Below, one piece after another: positions 48,671 through 64,000 of a DNA stretch of 64,000 bases; within the stretch, counting starts at the first letter, position 1; each line of letters starts with the position of its first letter. A program made the position numbers and the translations under genes. Origin of the DNA: Stegostoma tigrinum (lineage: Eukaryota); the NCBI RefSeq assembly GCF_030684315.1, contig NC_081391.1:13059342-13123341 (forward strand), written 5' to 3'. Under the pieces are notes generated by a model that was not told where the DNA came from, ran no database searches, and saw only the letters and a list, made by a program, of their open reading frames with translations.

Positions 48671-50073
48671 CTTAGAAAATAGAACCAAGAACAGTACAGC
48701 ACAGTTCAGGCCCTTCAGCCCACGGTGTTGTTTCAAACTTTTATCCGAAACCCAAGGCCTTTCTCACCTCCACGACCTTATACTATCATCCATCTGCTTA
48801 TCTAATTGACGCTTAATTGCCCCTAACGAGGCCGACTCCACTACACTCTCCGGCAATGCATTCCATGCCCCAGCCACTCTCTGAGTAAAGAACCTACCTC
48901 TGACATCCACCCTATATCTACCTCCACTCACTTCAAAACTATGCCCCCTCATAATAGCTAACTCCATCCTAGGAAAAAGTCCCTGGCTGTCTAATCTGCC
49001 TGTACTTATGATCATTTTGTACACCTCTATCAAGTCACCTCTCATCCTTTGTTCTGAAGAGAAAAGCCCTCGTTCTCTCAACCTTTCCTCGTAAGACCTT
49101 CCCTCCATTCCAAGGAACGTCCTGGTAAATCTCCTCTGCACCTTTTCTAACGCTTCCACATCTTTCCTGGAATGAGGTGACCAGAACTGGACGCAATACT
49201 CCAGATGTGGCCGAACCAGGCTTTTGTATAGCTGGAGCATAACTTCACAGCTCTTGAAATCAATCCCTCTATTAATGAAAGCTAACACACCACATGCCTT
49301 CTTAACAACTCTATCCACCTGACTGGCAGCTTTCAGGGAACTGTGAACATGAACCCCAAGATCCTTCTGCTCCTTCACACTGCCAAGAATCTTTCCGTTA
49401 ACCCTGTGTTCTGCTTTCAAATTTGTCCTTCCAAAATGAATCACTTCACGCTTTTCAGGGTTAAACTCCATTTCAGAGCCCCACTCAGTATCCTATCAAT
49501 GTCCTTTTGTAACCTAGAACAACCCTCCACACTACCCACAACTCAAACCACCTTCGTATCTTCCAAAAACTGACTAATTCACCATTCCACTCCTAGATCC
49601 AAATCATTTATCAAAATCATAAAATAGAAGAGGACCCCGAACAGACCCTTGAGGTACACCACTCGTTACTGAGCACCATGTTGAATATTTTCAGTCAACT
49701 GTCACCCATGTCTTCTATGGGTCAGCCAATTCTGAATCCAATCTGCCACATTTCCCCCGTCGCATGCCTCCTGACTTTCTGCATGAACCTGCCATGGGGA
49801 ACCTTATCAAACGCCTTACTTCAATCCATGTATCCCACATTCACTGATCTACCTTCATCCACACGTTTCGTCATCCCTTCAAAGAATTCAATCAGATTTG
49901 TGAGGCATGATATCCACCTCACAAATCCACACTGGCCATCACAAATCATACTGTGCCTGTGCAAGTGATAATTAATTCTGTTTCTTAGAGCCCTTCCCAT
50001 TAATTTGCCCACCACTGGCATAAGACTAGCTGTCCTGTAATTTCCAGGGTTACCCCATTCCCTTTTTTGAACA
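48671..50073 (-). mobile_element. CR1 LINE fragment upstream of G (duplicate of the E insertion)
   Basis: ORFs 50102..49821 and 49471..48764; same junctions as 29457-30863. Confidence 0.9.
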
Positions 50074-50855
50074 CATGAATAATATTCAAACTTGTCATTC
50101 AAAGCTAAAAGATAGCACTATACTGCAACCTGCTATTTGAAGCAGATATTGAGTGAAAGTAACTTGCTTCCACCAGTCTGTACATCAGTGCTGTGATCAT
50201 ACTTGAACATTCATTGGGGATCCTCAATTCCCAAAGCCTCACAGTCCACCAGTCCATGGGAGGCTGCTCCATTCAATGCAGTTGCTGAGCCATACATTCT
50301 ACAGAATGTAATGTAAACAGGACCAGAAACTCTCCACTTGGAAACATGCTGGAGTTAAGCTCTCGATCTACTTCAAACAATTAAAAATCAAACTTTGCGA
50401 TCGAAAGTTTGCATGTGCTATACATTTCCAGCAGCAATGTAGACAGGGAGGTGTGAGGTCTACTATGCAGGAGACGCACTCAGCACATTTAGCACCTTGC
50501 TTTTCAAACTGCACTTCATGAACCCAACGTCAAGGAGATCACAGCAGATTCAGAATGGATCCACAAAGGAATGAGCTTCCTGTATGAGGTAACCCAAAAG
50601 CACATTGTTTCTGTCGCTGCACAGCAATAAGAAAATGTTTACTGTTAACAAAATCTGGCCATTTTTCAATGGGCTCCAACGCTGTTATTCAACAAGTACA
50701 AAGACTAATCCCTCAGAGTAACAAACTGACAGAATTCTGCCAATCTGTGATCAGTGTGTCTTAAGATATAATCTCAGATACAATCGTGAACTTTTAGAGT
50801 ATATTTTATTGTCATTTTCACGTAGAAATATTTCCAGAATTTGCACTTGTGCAGG

Positions 50856-51043
50856 AGGTCAAAGGTCATTCAGCAATTCCATCATCGACCAGTTGTCAAT
50901 TCTGATCGGTTTCTGGATCCAATTCCCATCCTGCACTGATTGGACGTGGCAGCTGATCAATTGATGAACAAGAGTGGTTGGCCATCACTGATGATGTCAT
51001 TTCCTGCTCAAGAAAACGATGGGGCTGCTGCTCGAGTATAAAA
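50856..51043 (+). promoter_or_regulatory. Promoter of copy G
   Basis: DR1 50856-50868, ATTGG-ACGTGG-CAGCTG, TGATGTCA, TATAAAA at 51037. Confidence 0.78.
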
Positions 51044-51146
51044 AATGTCCCAAGAGTGTGATGTATATGGTGTTGTTGATCATCTTTCCAAGTTTATTAT
51101 TTGATTGTAGAGGAAAAGGAAAGCTTTTTTTTTTCCTCACAACAAA

Positions 51147-54100
51147 ATGGCCTCCCAGATTAGTCAGAACTATCACCAGGATTGTGAAGCTGCTGTCAAC
51201 AAGCAGGTTAATGTGGAGCTCACTGCCTCCTATCTCTATCAGTCTTTGGTGAGTGCTGTCTTGATGGAGTTAAAATTAAATCTATTCTGCAAAAATGAGC
51301 TGATCCTCTTGTTTCTAACTAACTTCATTGTCCTGTAGATTTGAGGTGTTTAAGTTCATAGCTTAAAAAGCATGTTGGGATAAATGTGATGCCGTTTGGT
51401 AACAATGGATTTTTATATTGATGTAGAATAACTAATTCACCAGCTGGTATGAAGTGTTAGATGGAGGGCAAATTGTTCTGTGAATTATTTTACAATTTAT
51501 TGCCAGGCCTTTGCCTGGTGGTAACTGTCTATTTTCTCCCCAGAACTGACTAACCTTTACTGAAAATAGATGTAATGGTTTTGGGAGTTGTAGGCACCCC
51601 TTGGCTAGTCATCCTGAAACATTTTAATATACCTTGATCACACTTTATTTGTCCTATGATCCTAAATAAACATCATACCGGTTTCCATTCTGATGGAGAA
51701 TGATGGCGGTGACTGGCTTCTGAGCGTATGCACTTGTAAATTGCATTGAGGAGGCCTCAGATGTGGACTAGTTGGCTTTCTGCATTCTCAGTTCATGAAT
51801 GGACTGTTAGTGGTCAGGAAGTCACTTGTTGTCCATTCCTCCAACAGATCAATGCTCTCCTGTGAGTGCATGCACAGGGTGTCTAGAATAACCTGAGGTT
51901 TTTATTTCAATAAATATGAAGAAATGGGAAATGGCCCCTTTCTCCAGGTAGTACTGTGCCCATGCCCTTCCAAAATGGAAGGACGTAATGGTTTGGAAAT
52001 GTTGAAGCAGATTTTGAAGGCTTCTGGGTACCTAGTATGTAGTGGGCACCAGGAGTGCATTCACTCACTCCCTTCAATGAGGTGGGCTGCTCTGTCCTGC
52101 ACAGTGTCTACTTTGTGCATGTTGCAGCTCCACTTCTTGGGACAAGGGGAGAATATTCATCCCTTGTGGGGCTTATCCCTGAGAAGCATTCTCTTCCCAC
52201 ACTTTCAGGATGAAATCCCTGTACCCTTCCCTTTAGCAGGTGGGAACAGCTATCACCAATAAGCCTGTTGGGTCTTAACTGTCAGTGGTGTCCCTCATCA
52301 ATTGGGCAGCATGTGCCCAAACAACCCACTATCTTACATCTGTAAGATGCAGCTACCCAAGTAAAGCCAGAGAAATTTACGTAACTGTATTTTTTTGACC
52401 AAAGAAGCTTCTCAGCCAGATGGGTCGGAACTAGATAACCTGCTCGAACAAGGTGTAGAGCTGGATGAACACAGCAGGCCAAGCAGCATCAGGGAAGCTG
52501 ATGTTTTCGGCCTGGACCCTTCAGAAATGGGGAGGGGGAGGGGAATGGGTCCCTGACATAGGAAGGGGTGGGGAGGTGGATGGATGAAGAAACAGGTGGT
52601 GAGGATGGAGCCAATAAAGTCAAGTGAGTTGGGTAGACCTGTCCAGGGAGGTGGGGATGGGTTTTGAGGTAAGGGTGGTGTGGGGAAGTAGGTGGGAGGA
52701 AGGATGGACAAGCTAGGGGGGTGGGGACCAGCTGGGCTGTGATTGGGGGCAGGGAGATCTTTCAGCTGAAGTCCTCACTGATACCATTGGGCTGCAGGGT
52801 TCCCAAGCAGAATACAAGGTGCTGTTCCTGCAACCTTTGGGTGGCATTGGAGGCCCAGAATGGACATCAACTGTCCCCTCCTGCCCCTCCTGAAGGGGAA
52901 GTAGTTTGTGACCGGGATGTGCAGCTGCCGGTCATGAGCCAAGCATGGGTGCTCCACAAAGTGGAGTCAAGCCTCTGCTCGGCTTTCCTGATGTAGAGAA
53001 GGCCACATTAGGAACAGTGGATACAGTATACATCACTGCAGATGTGTAGGTGAACATCTGCTTGATGTGGAAGGTCTTGGGGCCTGGGATGGGGTGGGGA
53101 GGGGAGGTGTAGCACTATCTGTGTGGCAGTTAAAGCCCTGGCTGGAGGGGCTCGTGGAACAGGCAAGGAATCAGTGGTGTCTCAAGAAGGCAGCTAAGGT
53201 TGGGGAGGTAAAAAATGTCTTGGCCAGATCGCAGATGGTCGAAGTGCCAGAGGATGATGCATTGAGGTGGTACTGAAGGATGAGAGGATTCTGTTTCGGT
53301 TGTGTGCGGGATAAGTTGCAAGACACGGTTGTGTTTTTCTTCAACTGAAGGGAAGTTACACTTCATTGGAAAATGAGGACATCTGGGATGCCCAGGAGTA
53401 GAATACCTCCCCTCAGGGCTGGAGGTGAAGAAATTGGATGAGGAGATGGCACTTTCCTTCCGCAGGAAGGTGGGTGAGGTGTATTCGAGGTAGCTGTAGG
53501 AGTCAGTCGGTTTGAAATAGATCGAAGGATATATATATCGAAGATTGATAGATCAACTTAAGGTTGAGGTAGAAGGTTCTAATGAATTAGAGGAACTGTT
53601 CAAGCTCTGTGGGATGTAATAGAGGAAGATGTGCAGTTTATGGCCCATCTTGCTGTAGAAGAAGGATTGTTCCACATATCCTACCAAGAAGCAGGCACAG
53701 CTTGTGCCCATGCAGGTACCCATGGCCACCCCCTTCCTCTGTAGGAGTTGGGAGGAATTGAAGGAGAAGTTGGGGGTGAGGATGAGTTTGCTAGGTGGAC
53801 AAGGTTGTTGGTGAACGGGGGCCAGTCAGGCCTGTAGGACGAGAGAAGCAGAGGGAATTAGGCCATCTCCATGGGGAATGGATGAGGTTGGAGGCTGTGG
53901 GTGGGAGGTCACTTCCAGTGAGGTTGTGGATGAACTAGGAGCTGGTTTGGTGGTCAGCGGTGGAGTCATGATCAAGGTGAGTAGGTGGTAGGAGGTATCG
54001 GCTGCTCTTCCACACAACTACATGTGGCACTCCAGCTCCTGGCATTTCCTTTAACCCTGTTCAGTCATGAACTTCATCCAATTCTGATGGTGCTTAGAGT

Positions 54101-55651
54101 GGAAATGTTCTTCTCTCTACAGACAAGAACAGGCCTGGTCAATTCACAGGTTTTTGTAAAGGAATTTTAAAAAAAACAGGGTATTTGCCTGGTTACCAGG
54201 AGGAGGCGAGGGTTGTTTTTGATGATCCTTGAACTGGAGCCACTGGCTAACTGGACAATGGTTCTCCTCCAACTTGATGTATTTAATATTTATTGACTTC
54301 TCAATTTGAAGGTGAAACCAGTCATGTCTGGCACCAATTGTATGATATTTAATGGATGTAACTTGTTTTCTCCCAGATGTCCTACTTTGACCGGGATGAT
54401 GTTGCTCTCCCCCATGTCTCCCGGTTCTTCAAAGATCAGTCCCAGGAAAAGCAGGAACATGCAGAGAAGCTGCTGAAATTCCAGAATCAGCGTGGAGGCA
54501 GAGTCCTCCTCCAGGATGTGAAGGTTGGAGTTGGGTTTTTGGGGTGGGGGGAGTTGGGTGGTAGAGAGTGGCTGCTCCTCAGGGATGGCACAGTGACTCA
54601 GTGTTTCCCATGCATGCCTCAGTGCCAGGGATCCAAGTTGGTTCTTGGTTCTAGGCTCCAGTGAATGACTGACGTTTACTTGTTCTTGCCATGTCCACAT
54701 TGGCTTCACGGTTCAATGATGTGTGTTAGAAGGATTGCCATTTAAAATGCAGCGTGACAGGAATAAGGTGGGATTCTTCACGGAGAAGGGCCTTGTAGCA
54801 ACAAACGTAGTGGCTGTACCTGCTGATCGGGGATGAATGAAATGATGCAGTGACCTTGGTTATTGTCACCATGAGTCAAATAGCCTGTTCCCATGCTGCA
54901 GAGATTGTGAAGCTTACCTGTCCTTCTCTCCAACCCCAGAAGCCAGAGAGGGATGAGTGGGGTAACAGCCTGCAAGCAATGCAGGTTGCCCTGGATTTGG
55001 AGAAGAATGTGAACCAGAGTTTGTTGGATCTACACCAACTCGCCACAGCCCAGACTGACCCTCATGTAAGCTTCACCTCTTCATTCTCATCACTGCCATG
55101 CCTCCTCAACTTCATTGGCTGGTCTTTGTGGAGTGGAAATTCGCAGATGTAACTTTGTCCAGATGCTACATTGTCATCATAATTCTGACAAAGGTACAAT
55201 GTTAAACTGCTCAACACCGAACTGAAATAGGAATTTGGATTACAGTCTAGTGGGAATGCTGATGTGATTTTTTGACTGCTGAATTGGGGATTGTTGCACT
55301 ATACAATACAACTTGGAGCTCTTTAAGAAGGTGAGATGGATCAGCTGAAATGTCCTCACTGGCACAAATTCTCTACCTGTTAGCTAGATTTTCAGGGCTG
55401 TCTAGAGCTCGTTATGGCTCAGTCTTTTTCAGTAGGAATTGTGAAGTTGTCTTGGATAGTATAAATATACCAAGTGTCATATTCCTCTGTTGCAGCTGTG
55501 TGACTTCCTGGAGACTCACTATTTGGATGAGGAGGTGAGGATCATCAAGCAACTTGGGGACTACATCACCAACCTGAAGCGCCTGGGAGCCCCTGAGAAT
55601 GGGATGGGAGAGTACCTGTTTGACAGGCTCTCCCTGGAGGACAGCAGTTAG
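51147..55651 (+). CDS. Ferritin subunit, copy G, 176 aa, 4 exons
   Basis: Exons 51147-51248, 54377-54523, 54940-55065, 55496-55651; GT-AG; AATAAA at 55777-55782. Confidence 0.95.
52447..54010 (-). mobile_element. Old Penelope-like remnant in intron 1 of G (duplicate of the E insertion)
   Basis: Same position and deletions as 32682-34270. Confidence 0.8.
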
Positions 55652-57663
55652 TGTGGCCTGGAGTACTGTCTGCTTGTTTTGAATGCATTCCCCACTTCAC
55701 CCTGGGCAACCCATCTTCTTCCACGGAGAAGGGGCTTGTAGCTAAGAATAATGGCTGTACCAGCTGAATGCAAATGAATAAAATCATTTATGATCTTGCT
55801 TATTGTCCATCATTCAGAGCACTGGATATTTTGGAATGTCTTATTGAGCTTGAAGGCAGTTCTCTTTCTGTAATTTGGCTGACCCAATTACTAATTGGAC
55901 ATGAAAACAACTTTTCAATGGATGTATTTACTAACTCTTGATCATTGCACAGTAACTAGATGGACTTCCTTTTTCTCATGACACAGGAGACTCGAGACTT
56001 TCCCCTCTAAGTAGGATGAGGTTGGTGTTTTCCCCCATTGTCGGGTGGAAAATCTTCCAGATGTCAATTAGTGCACTTGTGGATACTGTAGGTTCAATTG
56101 TAGTTCAGAACTTGTCTTCCTTTTTGAGACAGGAAGTTCCCATACCTTCTCTAAGGGATAAACCAGACGCCCATTCCATAGAATCTGGGATATCTACGTA
56201 CAATGCCAGGTTTCCCTTCCTGCAGCCTCCCCTCAGTCACCACGCGCAATGAGATTTGTCTCTCGGACACTAATCTAATGGGAAGACAAGTCTGTGATCT
56301 GGAGGCTGGATCAGTTGACAAAATGCTGGCGGGAGTAGATATATCAAGTTCTGCTCTAAATCCAGTTGCAGGAACCAGCTAAGTTAGGAAAGACACAGGC
56401 TTGACTCATCTGGTGTAATCTCCCCAGTGAGGCCCTCCCTTTGACCAGTATTTTCTATTCTCAGCATTGTTGTTTTTGGTCTCCTGTGGATGTAGCCTAG
56501 GGATCTTGGAGCCAGTTATGGGTCAAAGCAGGACCAGCACTGGAGGCCTGTGACCTTCTCTTTCTCCCCATCTCTTGTTCCAGCCAACTGCAGTTGCACC
56601 CCCTGCCTGGTTCAATCCCTCTTGACAGTTCTGAGGAAGGGTGGCTGGACTCACTGTAGGTTGGCTTTTTCATTCTTCCATCTGAGTAACATAGCCCGCT
56701 CCATCTTTGCTCACCAAGGAGTCAGTCCACACTGGGGCTGAGCTTTTCCCAAGAGCAATCCAAAATTGTCTTTAATGTGGCATCCTCCCCTTCTTCCTCC
56801 TCCTCCTTTCTCCACCACACCCCCCTTCTCTCCCAGCTTTCATTCCAACAAGCTGCCCAGCCCAGATCTGGGAAAATTCAGCCCAAACGTTCACAGAAGC
56901 CACTTACCAAGAGGTCAGCTGGAATTCCCCTGATCTGTATGGGATTACAATGTCTGCTCTCGATGCTAACAACAGGAAGTTGTAGTTTTTGCTGTAGAAT
57001 CCCTCAATGCGGGCAGATGCCATTCAGCTCATTCAATTTGTAATGGCCTACTGAGCAACCTCCTGCTCAGGGACACCCTATTCCCTTAATCCCACATTTC
57101 CCATGGCTAATCTAACAAATCCAAATGCCCCTTGTCACTGTCAGCAATTATCTTTGCCAATCGACCTAATCTGCAGCCCATTGGACTAGGGGAGGGAGTC
57201 GGAGCAGATGGTGGAAATCCATGCAGACGCAGGGAGAATGTGCAAACTCCACTCATGTTGCCAAAGGCTCGAATTGAACCAGAGTCCCTGTGGCTGTGAC
57301 GTATCAGTGCTCACCACTGAGCCCCCATCACGTCCAAAAGTACCAAACAAAAGGGGGAGGCAGTTGCACAGTCATCAAGTCGTACATCATGGAAATAGAC
57401 TCTTCTGCCCACACAGTCCCTACACACCAGGTTTCCAAAACTCTCTAGTGCCATTTGGCCCATCTTCCTCTTAGCCATTCCTTCCCACATAAGTGTCCAA
57501 ATGTCTTATCAACGTGGTAATTATACGCACCTCTCCCGCTTCTTCTGGCAGCTCGTTCCATACACACACACCACCCTCTGTGTGAAAACATGGTCCCTCA
57601 TCTCCCTTTTAAATTTTTGCCCCTCTCCCCGCAAAACGATGCCCTCCAGTTTTGGTTCCCCTA

Positions 57664-57844
57664 CCCTGTCCCAGCATGCTGCTTGTATATACAGTCAATC
57701 TCGAGTGTGCCAATGGCAAGGCTACATTTCGTGCTCAGCAACAGTTACACTTCAGGAGGTGGTGATGAGCTGCTTATTACATTCCACCTGGTGTAGGAGA
57801 GACCGGAATGATGCTGCTGCTGCTGCTGAGGAGGGGCTTCTGGG
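57664..57844. other. Conserved upstream element, copy before gene H
   Basis: Direct match to 3675-3852. Confidence 0.75.
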
Positions 57845-58655
57845 ATTTTCATTCACAAACAGGGATATTGTTCCAGGTCAGGATGGAGACAGATTTCCAT
57901 GGAGCTGCTTGAGTGTTGCTGGGCCTGCACTGAGCCATAATTGTGAACAATCCCAGTACTATTAATTAATACTTCCTAACTCTGGTCTTAAAGATCGCAG
58001 ACAGGTTTTGGACAGTCAGGAAGGAGTTGGGAAGTTCACAGCAGAATTCCCAGCCTATGACTTCCCAGTTTCTGAGCTGTTCGTTCTACAGAATGCAATG
58101 TAAATAGCTGCAGAAACTCTCTGCTTCAAAACATGCTGGAGTTAAGTACCAGTTGTCCTTGAAATTGTTAAGAACTGAATACCGAGATAAAAATGTTGAA
58201 CTACAATATATTTCCAACAGCTGACAACTGGGCCATTTAAATATAGAGGCCTGAGGCCTACTGTGTGCCTGAGGCACTCAGAATATTTCAAGTTTTAATT
58301 TTCGAACTAGGCTTTCTGAGATCTAACGTCAATGACAATCTGGCAGATTCAAAATGGATCCTTAAAGGACATCAGTTTCCTGTATTAAATGGTCCGGAAG
58401 CACAGGAATTCTGTTGCTGCACAGCGATAGGAAAATGTTTACTGTCAACCAAATCTGGCCATTTCTCACTGGGCTCCAACACCGTCGTTCAAAAGGTACA
58501 AAGAGGAATCCCTCAGAGTAACAAACTGACAGAATTCAGCAAATCTGTGAAGAGCGTGTCTTAACACATAAACGCAGATACAAAAGTGAAGTTCTCGAGT
58601 CTATTTTATTCTCATTTTCAGGTTGAAAAACTTGTACAATTTGTTCTTGCACAGG

Positions 58656-58842
58656 AGGTCAAAGGTCATTCAGCAATTCCATCATCCACCAGTTGTCAAT
58701 TCTGATCGGTTTCTGGATCCAATTCCCATCCTGCACTGATTGGACGTGGCAACTGATCAATTGATTAACAAGAGCGATTGGCCATCACTGATGATGTCAT
58801 TTCCTGCTCAAAAAATGAGGGTCTTCTCCTGGAGTATAAATA
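58656..58842 (+). promoter_or_regulatory. Promoter of copy H
   Basis: DR1 58656-58668, two ATTGG, TATAAAT at 58835. Confidence 0.8.
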
Positions 58843-58937
58843 GACCCCAATGGAATTGCTATTTTAGGTGTAGCTGATTTTCTTTCTATAGTTATAATTT
58901 GATTTTGGTGGATAAGGAAAGCTGTTTCTATCACAAG

Positions 58938-63599
<4,662 letters not shown>

Positions 63600-64000
63600 T
63601 GTGGCCTGGAGTACTGTCTGCTTGGTCTGAATGCATTCCCCACTTCACCCTGGACAATCTGTCTCCTTCCAAGGAGAAGGGAATTTTGTAGCAAAGAATG
63701 TAATGGCTGTACCAGCTAAATGGAAATGAATAAAATGATGTATTGATCTTGCTTATTGTCCATCATTCAGAGCTCTGAATACTTTGGGTGATAGCTCTTG
63801 CTTGAAGCCAGTTCTCTTCTGTAATTTGATTGGTCCAATTTCTAATTGGACTGGGCAACCCTTCACGGAATCGCTCACTATCCCCACATTAGAATGTAAC
63901 TAGATGGAGTGTTTTTTTTGGTTATTCCTGTGGAAATTGAAGGTGCTTCTCCTCCAAATAGGATAAGGTTGGGATTTGTCAATTGTGGCATTGGCTTTCT

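Overview
Eukaryotic genomic DNA, most likely from a cartilaginous fish (shark). That assignment is an inference from the CR1 LINE, tRNA-derived SINE and Penelope repeat families present. The whole window is a head-to-tail tandem array of eight intron-containing ferritin genes on the + strand, one per ~8-12 kb, labelled A-H here. A is partial, six copies have intact 176-codon frames, and E is a frameshifted pseudogene. The proteins are atypical H/L hybrids: they keep E27/Y34/E61/H65/E107 but carry the L-chain substitutions K62 and E141. None has a 5' iron-responsive element between TATA and ATG. Each unit instead has a conserved promoter (perfect DR1 AGGTCAAAGGTCA in 5 of 7, two inverted CCAAT boxes, E-box/Myb-like sites, a CRE-like site, TATA) and a separate, unexplained ~180-bp conserved upstream element that can fold into a hairpin. 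Units are mosaics of each other, and a ~9-kb block recurs at a 54-kb offset. CR1 LINE fragments, SINE remnants and a young Penelope-like element (RT + GIY-YIG ORF, hammerhead motif, degenerate TSD, internal micro-inversion) are inserted. Most short ORFs in the track are non-coding noise.
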